From IMG/VR virus record IMGVR_UViG_3300037420_001954, positions 9,836 to 73,835 of that record: 64,000 nt of DNA; one strand, 5' to 3'. Below, piece by piece: positions 1 through 9,568 of this stretch. Numbering within the stretch: the stretch's first letter is position 1; every line of letters begins with the position of its first letter. This DNA is from a virus. The position numbers were made by a program, and so were the translations under genes. The notes under the pieces were generated by a model. It worked only from the letters and a program-made list of their open reading frames with translations. It searched no databases and had not been told where the DNA came from.

Positions 1-1145
1 GCTGCGCCCGTGCCGGTCTCGTCCGTGAGCGCCGCCGCCAGGTTGGTGCTCGAGAACGCGCCGAGGAGCGTGGACACGCCGGTCGCGAGGCCGGTCAACG
101 ACGACAAGCCGATATTCGAGAACGTGTTCGAGGCGCCAGACAGAGTTTTGTTCGTGAGCGTCTGCGTATGCGCTTCAAAAACGAACGTGTCGTTTCCCGC
201 AAGGAGTGGGAGTGTGACGTCGCGATCCGCCGCGATATCGGACGGCACAAACCGATAGGCCTGGCCTCCGGCCGCGTCCGCCACCTTCGGCGTTACCAAA
301 GTCGGCGTGTTCGCGAATACCGCCGCGCCCGTGCCCGTCTCGTCGGTCATGGCCGCGCGGAGGTTCGCGCTCGACGGCGTTCCGAGGAAGGTCGCCACAT
401 TCGTGTCGATGCCGGAGATCGAGGCGAGCGCGATCGAACCGACGAGCACCGCTGTCGAGATCGTGCCCGTGAGCATGCTCGTCGGAATCGTTCCGGTGAG
501 CGCGGACGTGGGGACGTTCGAAAGTGTGTTCGAGCCGCCGTCGATCGTCTTACCCGAGAGCGTCTGCGTGTCCGTGGTGCCGACGAAGGCGCCAGCCGGC
601 GCGCCCACGACCGCCGCCTTCGCGACGGTGTTGGTCGCGTCGAGCGTCTTGTTCGTGAGCGACTGCGCGCCCGTGAGCGTGACGTACGCGCTGAGGTCGA
701 GCGTGGACCACCTAGCGACGCCGTCAGCGGCCACGTACGTAGGAATCTGCCCGTCGGTCGGTACCCCGAGCAGGAGCACAGTCGACGATACGGGGCTCGC
801 CGGCAGGACCGCACCCGAGCCGCCGAGGTCCGGCGTGATCGTGACGAAGTCGTAGTCCGCATTGGGCACGGTCCGCGGCGAGCCATCGGGATACGTGATT
901 TCCCACTCGACCTGGTACACGCCCGTCGTGTTCGTCTCGCCCGAGCCCCACGCGTACTCGACGATGCCCTTTGTCGCATCGACGATCGTGGCCTGGTTCT
1001 GGATCGTCGGCGAGCTCGCGCCCACGGCCGTCATCACGAACCAGACCGCGCAACCGGTCAGATCGATCGCCGACGTCGATGCACTCGACGAAGTCAGCGT
1101 GCGCCGGAATGCCGGCAAAAGATCATGCTGCTTGATAGTGAACAT
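1..1145 (-). CDS. Tail fibre/baseplate protein with BppU-like N-terminal domain (partial, runs off the left edge)
   Basis: Not in the ORF track. ATG at 1145 gives MFTIKQHDLLPAFRRTL...IDLTGCAVWFVM...IVDATKGIVEYAWGSGETNTTGVYQVEWEITYPDGSPRTVP, a BppU-like pattern, followed by two TDETGTGA fibre-type repeats. No stop in the stretches I translated. Confidence 0.75.
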   Translation of the reverse strand, partial: MFTIKQHDLLPAFRRTLTSSSASTSAIDLTGCAVWFVMTAVGASSPTIQNQATIVDATKGIVEYAWGSGETNTTGVYQVEWEITYPDGSPRTVPNADYDFVTITPDLGGSGAVLPASPVSSTVLLLGVPTDGQIPTYVAADGVARWSTLDLSAYVTLTGAQSLTNKTLDATNTVAKAAVVGAPAGAFVGTTDTQTLSGKTIDGGSNTLSNVPTSALTGTIPTSMLTGTISTAVLVGSIALASISGIDTNVATFLGTPSSANLRAAMTDETGTGAAVFANTPTLVTPKVADAAGGQAYRFVPSDIAADRDVTLPLLAGNDTFVFEAHTQTLTNKTLSGASNTFSNIGLSSLTGLATGVSTLLGAFSSTNLAAALTDETGTGA

Positions 1146-1184
1146 AAGCCGCCGGAGCCGCGCTATGAGCGGCCGGTAAGTGGG

Positions 1185-1901
1185 TTAGGCCGCGGCGGCG
1201 ACCTGCAAGAGGTCTTCGAGCGAGCCGTTGAAAAGGCAGAAGTCCGCGTCCGCGCCGTTGGGCATGCGGAGGCCGCCGTCGCCGTCGAATTGCCAGAACA
1301 GCCAGTCAGTCCACGGCGAGGGCACGAGCGGGTTTTGCGAGGGCAGCGGCCACTTGCCTTGGGTGTTGTACGAGGCCATCCAGAGCGGGTAATCACCCGC
1401 CCACGCGCCGCCATCGTCACCGCCCTTCGACACTTCGGCCCACCACCACGGATACGTGTAAAGTACCGGTTTCACACCGGTGAGCTCGTAGACCTTGGCC
1501 GCGCAGCGCCGGCACCAGTCGTTGATGAATCGCGCGTCGACACCCCAGTGCGCCCACTCGTTCGGCGGAGGCCACTCGAGGTCGAGGAAGATTGGCCGCT
1601 TCGAGAACTCGGGGTAGCGGCAAACGCGCTCGACAAAGAGCGCGGCCTGGTCCTCGGGCGAGCGGTACTTGTGAACCCCGTCGTCGGGCAGTGGAAACGC
1701 GAAGCAGTACGCGAAGGCCGAGATGCCCGCCGCGAGCGCCGCCTTGGCATTGCGCTCGAACGCTGGGTCGAACCCTTCATTACCCTCTTGGGCTTTGAGG
1801 ATCACGAACTTGATGTCGTAGCCCGAGGTCGTGAGTCGGTTGAAGTCTAGGGGGCCTTGGACGCTGGACGCGTCCATGCCCCGGATTCGCTCGCCGCTCA
1901 T
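1185..1901 (-). CDS. Endolysin, glycoside hydrolase family 25 (muramidase)
   Basis: Start re-called at ATG 1901. GMDAS, FVILKAQEG, PIFLDLEW (DxE), PVLYT, LWMASY, WLFWQF and DADFCLF are GH25 motifs. Confidence 0.9.
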   Translation of the reverse strand: MSGERIRGMDASSVQGPLDFNRLTTSGYDIKFVILKAQEGNEGFDPAFERNAKAALAAGISAFAYCFAFPLPDDGVHKYRSPEDQAALFVERVCRYPEFSKRPIFLDLEWPPPNEWAHWGVDARFINDWCRRCAAKVYELTGVKPVLYTYPWWWAEVSKGGDDGGAWAGDYPLWMASYNTQGKWPLPSQNPLVPSPWTDWLFWQFDGDGGLRMPNGADADFCLFNGSLEDLLQVAAAA

Positions 1902-1903
1902 AT

Positions 1904-2155
1904 TCAGAACAACGAGCCTTGCCCGTCGCCGGCCGGACCGAACTTGGCCAAATCGCCCGCAGCCTTCGCGAGCTTCACGCGGCGGATCGCGGCATCGGTG
2001 AGGTACGGTTGAAGCTGGTCGGCGGGCACGAAAACCAGCGCCGCGTCGAGCGCGTGTCCAACCGCCTCGATTGGTTGCTTGTTGAGCGCGGCCTGGACCG
2101 CCATCGCGGCCGAAGCCGCCGCTTGAATGATTTGTGCGGTATCGGGCGTATTCAT
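1904..2155 (-). CDS. Hypothetical protein in lysis cassette
   Basis: 83 aa, Ala-rich, tightly coupled to its neighbours. Confidence 0.6.
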   Translation of the reverse strand: MNTPDTAQIIQAAASAAMAVQAALNKQPIEAVGHALDAALVFVPADQLQPYLTDAAIRRVKLAKAAGDLAKFGPAGDGQGSLF

Positions 2156-2445
2156 TTAGTCCCCGCGTCCACGTGCCAGCGCGCATCGACTAGCGCTTCG
2201 CACGCCTTCGACTCCGCGAGCGTTTTCGACTTCGCCGTACACGCGAGCGTGTCGGCCTCGTACGTGGCCTCGGCTTTGATTTCCTGCCGGTGCTGATACG
2301 CACTCGGGTCGGTAATCGGGTCGGGATCGTGGCATCCGCTCAACGCGGCCGACGCGCCCGCAGCCAACACCCAAGACATCACGACGATCGCAATTGCAAT
2401 GAGGAAGCGGCGAACGTCCTGGAACAGCATTCCGGCAGTGCTCAC
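2152..2445 (-). CDS. Predicted lipoprotein, possibly spanin-like
   Basis: Hydrophobic N-terminus, lipobox-like LSGC, located in the lysis cassette. Confidence 0.55.
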   Translation of the reverse strand: MSTAGMLFQDVRRFLIAIAIVVMSWVLAAGASAALSGCHDPDPITDPSAYQHRQEIKAEATYEADTLACTAKSKTLAESKACEALVDARWHVDAGTK

Positions 2446-2678
2446 TGATCGTTTCCTTTCGGAGGCGCCGGCACGACAGTCGGCGCGAGCTGGCTCGGCG
2501 CGGGGTCATCCTTCACCGGCGCCGGGGATTGGAAGTTGATAAAGAGGGAGCCGAGGATCGTGCTCACGATGCCCGTGATGGTGCCCGCTGCCGGCGCGAC
2601 GAACGCGTACGAGAGCAGGATTGCCGCGAGCAAAACCGCGAGCATGGCCACCTGCGGCCACGTCGGAGAAAACTTCAT
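2442..2678 (-). CDS. Putative holin (two TM segments)
   Basis: 78 aa with two hydrophobic helices, upstream of the endolysin. Confidence 0.55.
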   Translation of the reverse strand: MKFSPTWPQVAMLAVLLAAILLSYAFVAPAAGTITGIVSTILGSLFINFQSPAPVKDDPAPSQLAPTVVPAPPKGNDQ

Positions 2679-2715
2679 TGGTAATTACCCGCCGCGCGGA
2701 CGCGGCCGTAGTGGG

Positions 2716-3276
2716 TTATCGAATTAGGGCGTGATCGGACGGCAGCGCGGGGTGGCCCATCACGGACGCGCACGCGCCGACGCGCTGGCACTCGGCCGTG
2801 TCGTCGACGGTCCAATGCGAGTCGTCACGAGTGAACGGTCGCATGATCGAGAGCGGGTCCGAGTTGTCCTTCAGGTGATCGAGTCCGATCGCGTGGAGCG
2901 TCTCGTGCTCGCTGACAACGATAGTTCGCGTCGACGGCATGCCACGCCGAATACGAATCATGTAAGGGCCGATCGGGCAGGTGATGCTTTGGACCGCGCG
3001 CTCGCGGCACGTGACACCGTCGACGTAGCCTCGCTCTTCGTGCCAGATCGCATTCGTGAACTGAACGGCCCAAAGCTCGTCCGAGTATTCGTCGTCCGCG
3101 GCTTCGTACATGCGCTCGTCAGGGAGCACTTGCTTGTTGACGAAGTCGACGGCGTCCCGAAACTCCGCGCGCTCCGTGGGAGTCACGTCAGAGGCGAAAC
3201 GAAAGGTGCGTGCCGGTGCAGCGCACCCGGTCACGAGAGCGATAAGGAAGATAAGATAAGCTAGGAGCGAGCGCAT
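2716..3276 (-). CDS. Lipoprotein zinc metalloprotease (metzincin/matrixin-like)
   Basis: Signal peptide with lipobox VTGC; HETLHAIGLDH = HExxHxxGxxH; SIMRP Met-turn. Confidence 0.8.
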   Translation of the reverse strand: MRSLLAYLIFLIALVTGCAAPARTFRFASDVTPTERAEFRDAVDFVNKQVLPDERMYEAADDEYSDELWAVQFTNAIWHEERGYVDGVTCRERAVQSITCPIGPYMIRIRRGMPSTRTIVVSEHETLHAIGLDHLKDNSDPLSIMRPFTRDDSHWTVDDTAECQRVGACASVMGHPALPSDHALIR

Positions 3277-3313
3277 GCGCCGCCACCTTTCGTCGATTGC
3301 TAGTTGAATAAGC

Positions 3314-4333
3314 TCACCACCAAGTGATGAGCGCGAACGCGGGACCGCCCTTGCCGCCGTTCCCGGAAGGGCCAGCTACTCCGGTCGGGCCGCCGCTGAC
3401 GACAACAGAGCCGCCGCCGCCACCGCCACCGCCGCCGCAGCCTGGGCCAGCTGAACCTCCGATGCCACCAGTTCCACCTGTCGCATTGCCCGTACCAGAA
3501 GCAACGGAAAGGCCGCTGCCCCCGCCAGCGCCCGCACCGCCAAGAGTGAGGGGTACAGACTTTGGAAGCCAGAGACCGCTTGTGCCTGCTCCCCCTGCGC
3601 CGCCGGTCAAGGGCGCAACCGAGGTGAGTGTTCCAGGACCGCCGGCCCCCCCAGCAAGAACGGTATTTAGCAAAGCACTCGTGCTGGTAACCGAGCCGCC
3701 TGCGACGCCAGACGCGTTGCTATTGGCCGTTCCGCCGCTCCCTCCCCCGGCGCCGCCGCAGATAAACACGCCGGACGAGACGAAGGTGATGCTGCCGCCC
3801 GCGCCCGCGCTGCCTCCAGCCGCGCCCGCGGCACCTGCGAGGAACGTAGCCGTTCCAAACGTAGAATATGCCTGACCACTGGTAGAGCCCGCGGACCCGG
3901 CAGCGCCAGCAGTCGTAGTACCGTTGCCCGCACCGCCACCGCCGCCCGCGGCTGCGAGGATCAAGTTGATCACGCTGGTGCTAGGCGAATCCGCAATATA
4001 CGAGGTCGTGCCTGAAGCACCGTTCCCGGCGACACCGCCCGCACCGCCGTCGGGCAAGTTGAAGTAGAGAATCGGAGGCAAGCAGTCGGCAGGGATCCAG
4101 ATGGTGGAGATCGCGCCCGAGCCCCCGCCGGCCCCTCCCTTGCCTCCAGCGCTCGAAGCGGCGCCAACAACGCCGGCAGCGCCCGAGCCGCCACCGCCGC
4201 CAGGGCCGACCAAAACGATCTGAATCACATTCGCCGACGCCGGCTTGACCCACGGAACCCAAATGGTCGGGCCAAGAATTCGTTGCGTGCGACCTGCCCT
4301 AGTGGGCACGCCGAGCAAACTATCGAGAGGCAT
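3314..4333 (-). CDS. Glycine-rich virion (tail fibre-associated) protein
   Basis: 339 aa with extensive GGGGG/GAGG tracts and an aromatic C-terminus (ITWW), in the tail module. Confidence 0.75.
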   Translation of the reverse strand: MPLDSLLGVPTRAGRTQRILGPTIWVPWVKPASANVIQIVLVGPGGGGGSGAAGVVGAASSAGGKGGAGGGSGAISTIWIPADCLPPILYFNLPDGGAGGVAGNGASGTTSYIADSPSTSVINLILAAAGGGGGAGNGTTTAGAAGSAGSTSGQAYSTFGTATFLAGAAGAAGGSAGAGGSITFVSSGVFICGGAGGGSGGTANSNASGVAGGSVTSTSALLNTVLAGGAGGPGTLTSVAPLTGGAGGAGTSGLWLPKSVPLTLGGAGAGGGSGLSVASGTGNATGGTGGIGGSAGPGCGGGGGGGGGSVVVSGGPTGVAGPSGNGGKGGPAFALITWW

Positions 4334-4779
4334 CAGTAGTCTCCGGCGATCACGTTCGCGCGCCAGGCAGTGTTCGCAGCTGGCGCCGCGTGATTCGTGA
4401 CGAGGATCGTGTAGCCAGCAGGGATGCGGAACCCGACCGGGATTGAATAAGGAGAGTTGGCGGCCGACGCGCTATCAGCGGTCACGCTAGGCAGTGCAAC
4501 TTCGCCGATGAGGTACGTGTTCGAGCTGGTCGTAGCGCCCGACGTAACCGAGGAGAGGTACGCACGCCCGACCGTAGCCGTAGTGCTCGTGCCGGCAGTG
4601 GTTGCCGTCGGCCAGAAGTCGACGCGATCAACGTGCGAGCCGTTGGCGCCAGCCGTGAGCGCTTTGAAGATATCCGTCGCGACCGTGCCACCGCCTTGGT
4701 TGGAGGTGTTCGCGGCCGTGATGAGGATAGAGCCAATGTTCGCGGCGCTAGTGAAGTTCGGATCGATATTCGAAGCCAT
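4333..4779 (-). CDS. Hypothetical tail/virion protein
   Basis: 148 aa, Thr/Ala/Ser-rich, start overlaps upstream context in the tail operon. Confidence 0.65.
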   Translation of the reverse strand: MASNIDPNFTSAANIGSILITAANTSNQGGGTVATDIFKALTAGANGSHVDRVDFWPTATTAGTSTTATVGRAYLSSVTSGATTSSNTYLIGEVALPSVTADSASAANSPYSIPVGFRIPAGYTILVTNHAAPAANTAWRANVIAGDY

Positions 4780-4841
4780 GAAGAGTCCTTGGCGCTCGAG
4801 CGTGGTCGAGGGCTAGTAGGGTTTTGCGGCAAGCCGGCCCT

Positions 4842-5366
4842 TCAGGGCGTAATCGGCATTCGGCAGAGGGCGACCATCTTGCCCTTGCTCGAGGAAGTGT
4901 CTCGCGCCGCCGCGTAGCGGTGCAGAATCCAGGCAGTGCCGGTGTACTTGAACTCAGCCCAAAGAATCTGGCCCTGCGTATTCAGCACGCCCAGCAGCGC
5001 AATCGTCACGGCAGAATTGTCCTTCACCGTGATATCGAAGAGCGCGCTGGAGATGATTGTGATCTTGTCTCCGGTGACCGCGCCCGTGTTCGAGAGCGTG
5101 TACACACGAGCCGAGGTCAGCGCCGTGGGCACAATCTCGTAGATGCTCGACCCGATCGTGAACGTCGTGTCCGCATCAGGGCCAGTCGTGTTCGTGTAAA
5201 CGAGACGCCCGCCGCTCGTCGCCGTAACAACGGAGCCGAGCGTGTCGGTTTGGCCGGATCGCTTATCGAGCGCACCCTCGATGTTGTGATCGATCGCGTT
5301 GATCTGCGTGGACGTCAGCTTGTCAAGGGGTACCCAGTCCGTAGCCTTGGTTCGTTGAAGAGTCAT
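4842..5366 (-). CDS. Hypothetical tail protein
   Basis: 174 aa, beta-rich composition, in the baseplate/fibre operon. Confidence 0.65.
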   Translation of the reverse strand: MTLQRTKATDWVPLDKLTSTQINAIDHNIEGALDKRSGQTDTLGSVVTATSGGRLVYTNTTGPDADTTFTIGSSIYEIVPTALTSARVYTLSNTGAVTGDKITIISSALFDITVKDNSAVTIALLGVLNTQGQILWAEFKYTGTAWILHRYAAARDTSSSKGKMVALCRMPITP

Positions 5367-5378
5367 TATCCCGCCGAA

Positions 5379-6125
5379 TCAGACGTCGAATATTTCGCCG
5401 TCGAGGTTGTGGGGTTGGTCGAGGAAGAATCCGGCGCCGCTCGGACCTTCAGGGGAGAGGTCGACGTAATTCGGGCCGTTGTTCGAGTACCAGTCGATCG
5501 TCGCCCAACAAGGCAGTACGGGATCGAGGGTCGTGTAGATTTTGCCGACCGCTTCGTAGAAGTCCTGGAGGGACCAGCCGGTCGGGAAAGTGAGTCGGAT
5601 AAGGACTCGCGAGACCGACGACGTGAACGGGTACCCCGCGAGGACGGTGCCGTCGGGGTATGTGCCGTCGGGTACGTGCACTTCATTGCGCGTAATCGCG
5701 TACGAGTAGCCAATCGAGTCGACGGCCACGAAGGCGTCGGGGATTTCCCTCGTCAGGAGCTCGGCGACGTAGGCCTTTGTTACGGCGCGTCCAAAGCGCT
5801 TGAAAAGCTTCGCTACGCGCGCTCGTCGTGCCGAGTCGGTGTCATCGACGGACGGCGTTAGCGCGAGGAATTTCTCCCACCGCGCCAACGTGACCATGTC
5901 ACATCGCAGCGGATCCCAGCAATACCCCAGGCGCTCGTTCGTCGCCCATGTGGCTGCGAGCAAGCGCGCAGTCGCAAGGGTCTCGATACCAACCGACTTC
6001 GTGAGGTCCTTCGCGTCGACGGCCGTGCCGCGATCCGCTGCAAGTCCGTTGAAGATTACTTCGACGTTAGGTCGCCCGCCCCCGAGACGAAGCGGGAATG
6101 GCGTGAAGCCACCGAATGCGGGCAT
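5379..6125 (-). CDS. Baseplate wedge protein (Mu gp48/DUF2313-like)
   Basis: LARWEKFLAL...DTDSARRARV motif; lies just downstream of baseplate J. Confidence 0.6.
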   Translation of the reverse strand: MPAFGGFTPFPLRLGGGRPNVEVIFNGLAADRGTAVDAKDLTKSVGIETLATARLLAATWATNERLGYCWDPLRCDMVTLARWEKFLALTPSVDDTDSARRARVAKLFKRFGRAVTKAYVAELLTREIPDAFVAVDSIGYSYAITRNEVHVPDGTYPDGTVLAGYPFTSSVSRVLIRLTFPTGWSLQDFYEAVGKIYTTLDPVLPCWATIDWYSNNGPNYVDLSPEGPSGAGFFLDQPHNLDGEIFDV

Positions 6126-6128
6126 GGC

Positions 6129-6617
6129 TTACACCCAAGCGACGGTGACGTTCGCGCCCGTTGGGTCCGCTGCCGCGCCGGCCGAATTCCAGACGTAGAC
6201 GCGAATCTTGTTCGCGGCGGTCACTTCGGCCGACGAGTGGTAGAGCGTCGAGCCCGTGATGTTGGGCCGAAGCGCGCGACGGATGTTGATCGTGTGCGGA
6301 TTGTCGAGGTCGTCCGAAACGGTGGTCGGCCACGTGACGTCGTAAACGCCCGCGGAAACCCTTGACGGCGTGGGCTTGTAGATATTGTTGTTGCCCCAGG
6401 CCGCGTCGTGAACGTTCGACGCCGGTTCGCTCGGAGTCGAGCCGGAGCCGCCGACGAACGTGTACCATGCACGAATCGCTCCGTGCGTCAGGCCGCCGAC
6501 TTCCGAGACGAGCTCGTTGTAGTCGGTCGCGTCCACGTCCGTCGAAGCGTCGGCAACGTCCTGGTAGTTTTGCTTGGCGCCGCCGAAGCTGTCGATATCA
6601 GAGGGCGTGAGCTTCAT
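6129..6617 (-). CDS. Hypothetical baseplate-region protein
   Basis: 162 aa, abuts baseplate J. Confidence 0.6.
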   Translation of the reverse strand: MKLTPSDIDSFGGAKQNYQDVADASTDVDATDYNELVSEVGGLTHGAIRAWYTFVGGSGSTPSEPASNVHDAAWGNNNIYKPTPSRVSAGVYDVTWPTTVSDDLDNPHTINIRRALRPNITGSTLYHSSAEVTAANKIRVYVWNSAGAAADPTGANVTVAWV

Positions 6618-8132
6618 TTAGACAGTCCGGTAAAAAGCGAGGTGTCGCGGCACGAAGATGTTGGGCGGGTCGGTGACCGTCGCCGGCACTTGCGGATTCA
6701 CGATCGAGTTCGCGCCGGTGATCGTGGTCGTCCCGTCCGTGCGATGGAGGAACGCGGCCGAGGAGACTTCCGATTGCGCGTCCGTGATTGCCTTGGGCAG
6801 ATGCCCGCCGAGCGAGTACGGCCACGAGGCGCCCGGGCGCGGGTGACGATGCGCGCGAATGAGGAGCGAGGCGTTGGTGGTTTTCTCGCCTGGGCCCATC
6901 AACTTGAACGAGCCCAAAACCGCGTCGATGTATGCCTGAGCGTTCTGGCACGCAGGCCAGATGTACGAGCCGGTCGAGATACCGACGAAGGCCGTGTCGA
7001 GCGTGATCAGGTAGGCGCCGGAGCTGCCCGACACCGCGACGACCTTTCCCGTGTAGAGCGTCCACGTCGTCGGCGAGAGCCACGAGATGCGCGTGACGAA
7101 CGGCGTCGGGGCCGTGGTCGCGTCGACGGTGAATTGCGTAGTGCTCGTGACGCCCGTGACGGTGCAGCGGAACGTTGTCACGCCATCCGGCGCCGGCCAG
7201 GGTGTACCATCGAGCCATCCACCACCGGGGCCGGGGGGACTCGCCGTGGGGGCTTCGGGGAGCGTGAGACCGAACGCGACGTCAGCGTTGACGTCGTTCA
7301 CGGTCGTGATGACCGAGTAGACGTTCGCCGGCAGGGCCGCCTGGATGTACGGCGTGACTACACTCGTGAGAATCGTCGAGTCGAGCTCGCGCGTCTTGTT
7401 CGTGTCCGTCGGCGGGCACGGGGTCGCCACGTGCACCGTGCCGGCCTCTTGGATGGCCGAGAAGACGAAAGCCTTGTGTACGGCAGGCGAAGAGGCTTCC
7501 GCGATCTCGCAAACGTGCTCGGGGTTGCCCGTCGAAGGTGGGGACTGGAGCAGCGCCTGGAGCCGAGCTCGAAGCGTCTCGATGTCCTCTTCGTCCACGC
7601 CATCGACGAGACCGCCGACGCCGACCGTGACCTTTTCGTCCGCGAACGGCGGGGTCACGACCCAGCGGAGGATGTCGCCCTCGTCGTGGTTCGTTTGCGC
7701 GCCCTTGTCGACGGCCTCGACTTGAATCGTATCGCCGTCCGAGTACGTGCCCGTGGGCGAGGTCACCTTGAACGTGAGGCCCGCGCCATCAATGAGCTTG
7801 TCGCCGAGCGTGATCGTCGTGTCCGCGCTCGTGACGAAGACGACGGGTCCGACGGAAGGGCCCGCTGCCTGGAGCTCTTGGCCGAAGTTGGCCGCGATCC
7901 GTTTCAGGTCGTCGCCCTCGGCGGAGTCGGGCATAATCTGGTCGGCCTTGATGACCGCGTTCGCCTCGGCCACGACGAGCTGGTTCGCGAACGCCTGGCC
8001 TTGGATGTACCAATCGGATCCCGGCGTCACGTTCGCATCGATGTTGATCTCGGCGTGTCCGAGACGAATCGTGCGAAGGAAGCCGTCACGAATCGTGTCC
8101 GTGTCTCGCGCGTTGAATTGAAGAGTCGCCAC
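6618..8132 (-). CDS. Baseplate J/gp47-family protein
   Basis: PDSAEGDDLKRIA, IQVEAVDKGAQTN, GGLVDGVDEEDIETLRARL, AFVF..GTVHV motifs. Confidence 0.9.
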   Translation of the reverse strand: MATLQFNARDTDTIRDGFLRTIRLGHAEINIDANVTPGSDWYIQGQAFANQLVVAEANAVIKADQIMPDSAEGDDLKRIAANFGQELQAAGPSVGPVVFVTSADTTITLGDKLIDGAGLTFKVTSPTGTYSDGDTIQVEAVDKGAQTNHDEGDILRWVVTPPFADEKVTVGVGGLVDGVDEEDIETLRARLQALLQSPPSTGNPEHVCEIAEASSPAVHKAFVFSAIQEAGTVHVATPCPPTDTNKTRELDSTILTSVVTPYIQAALPANVYSVITTVNDVNADVAFGLTLPEAPTASPPGPGGGWLDGTPWPAPDGVTTFRCTVTGVTSTTQFTVDATTAPTPFVTRISWLSPTTWTLYTGKVVAVSGSSGAYLITLDTAFVGISTGSYIWPACQNAQAYIDAVLGSFKLMGPGEKTTNASLLIRAHRHPRPGASWPYSLGGHLPKAITDAQSEVSSAAFLHRTDGTTTITGANSIVNPQVPATVTDPPNIFVPRHLAFYRTV

Positions 8133-8611
8133 TAGCCACCCACGGAAGTTTCTTGGTCGGCGAATGGCGAATTCAGGGGGACCGTCAGGTCACGCCACCG
8201 AAGTCGCGCGATAGCGCCACCGGGCCGGTTCGGGATCTTGTCGACTACGACATCGAGGACCGCGACAAGGCCAAGGTCGATAAGGTGCTGGACGGCGCCA
8301 ACGAGAGTGTCAGCAACCCGTCGAGCGAAGTTGGATGAGATACGCTGAATCAGCTTCAGTTCTTGCCCGAGCTCGCGAACCGCGCTCGAGCCCTTTTCGG
8401 TCGAAACTGCGATAAGCACGAGCTGCTGGACGTCGCCCATTCCGAGCACACGCCCGTTGGCATCGAGGAGATAGTCCTTCGTCACGGGGTGGATGAATCG
8501 AGACCCCGACGACGCGCCCGTATACGGGTTTCTGAGAAAGCCGCCGCCGCTCGAGGGAGCAGCCGACGAGGTGCCCGAGCCATAAGGCGGCCCGTAGCCA
8601 GTAATCGGCAT
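8132..8611 (-). CDS. Baseplate wedge protein (gp46/W-like)
   Basis: Position upstream of J; VADTLVGAVQHLIDLGL...VVV pattern. Confidence 0.55.
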   Translation of the reverse strand: MPITGYGPPYGSGTSSAAPSSGGGFLRNPYTGASSGSRFIHPVTKDYLLDANGRVLGMGDVQQLVLIAVSTEKGSSAVRELGQELKLIQRISSNFARRVADTLVGAVQHLIDLGLVAVLDVVVDKIPNRPGGAIARLRWRDLTVPLNSPFADQETSVGG

Positions 8612-8614
8612 TCG

Positions 8615-8944
8615 TTACTCCAACGGGCAAGGAAGTGCAGGAAGCGAAATCGGGATCGAGATCGAAGGAATGCTCGGCAGCCCAGGGATCTCAGGCAGCC
8701 CGGGCAGAGAAACCGACGGAACTGGAAATCCGATATCGGGAATTGGAATGTTGATGGGTATCGAGATCGAAGGGATGCTAGGCAACCCCGGGATGTCTGG
8801 CAGCCCGGGCAAGGACACCGACGGAACCGGAAACCCGATATCGGGCAGCGACAGGTTGATCGGTATCGAGATCGACGGGATGCTTGGCAGTCCAGGGATC
8901 TCGGGCAGCCCGGGCAGCGAGAGCGAAGGCAGGCCACAAGACAC
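8615..8944 (-). CDS. Pro/Ile/Ser-rich tandem-repeat protein
   Basis: About 2.6 copies of a 35-aa unit (SLPGLPEIPGLPSIPSISIPIN...DIGFPVPSV), with Cys near both ends. Confidence 0.7.
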   Translation of the reverse strand: MSCGLPSLSLPGLPEIPGLPSIPSISIPINLSLPDIGFPVPSVSLPGLPDIPGLPSIPSISIPINIPIPDIGFPVPSVSLPGLPEIPGLPSIPSISIPISLPALPCPLE

Positions 8945-8977
8945 GGCGTGCCCCTTTCGGCGCCGCGAGGGCGCTGG

Positions 8978-9562
8978 TTAGGAGAGAGCGCCAGTTCCGG
9001 AAACGGCGCCGCCCGCGGCCGGGTTGGTCATCGTCGGCGTGATGAGCGCGAAAGACTCGAGATGGTCTTGGAGCGCGTCACCAAATGCCGTCCAGTATTG
9101 GATGCCCGGGGCGTCCGTGATGCTGAGCGCCGTGTAGAACGTGAACGGCTGCGCGAGCGTCACACCACCGGTGCCCGAAACTGGGCCGGTCGGCGGCGGT
9201 GCGGGGCCCGCGTACGCGATCAGGCTCGAGGCATTGATGTGCCCGTAGTTCGATAGCGTATCGGCGATGTGCTGCGTGACGAGCGACATCTTGCTGATAC
9301 CGACGGGGTCGGTCATGCCGATGGCTGAAGCGATTGCGGTCGTGAGCGTGCTCGTAGAGCCGCACGTGAATCCGCCCTCGCCAATAATCGAAGTTCCTAC
9401 TGCGATAAGAGGAACGTTCTTTGTCGGGTCCGCTTGGACGTTCGAGGAGATCCACGCGATGATCGGGGCGGGCATCGCGAGGAACAACGCGGCGCCAACG
9501 GGATCGGTGACTGAGAGATCCGCGACGAGCGCGGCCCCCAGCAAGGCCGGATTCATAGGCAT
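8978..9562 (-). CDS. Hypothetical baseplate-region protein
   Basis: 194 aa, co-oriented with the operon. Confidence 0.6.
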   Translation of the reverse strand: MPMNPALLGAALVADLSVTDPVGAALFLAMPAPIIAWISSNVQADPTKNVPLIAVGTSIIGEGGFTCGSTSTLTTAIASAIGMTDPVGISKMSLVTQHIADTLSNYGHINASSLIAYAGPAPPPTGPVSGTGGVTLAQPFTFYTALSITDAPGIQYWTAFGDALQDHLESFALITPTMTNPAAGGAVSGTGALS

Positions 9563-9568
9563 GGCGAA

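Noticed and set aside
168-1850. Long Arg-rich ORFs on the opposite strand (also 6408-8135, 22190-24148, 59638-61362 and others)
   Set aside because: They are antisense shadows of real high-GC genes, have no motifs, and fully overlap well-supported CDSs.
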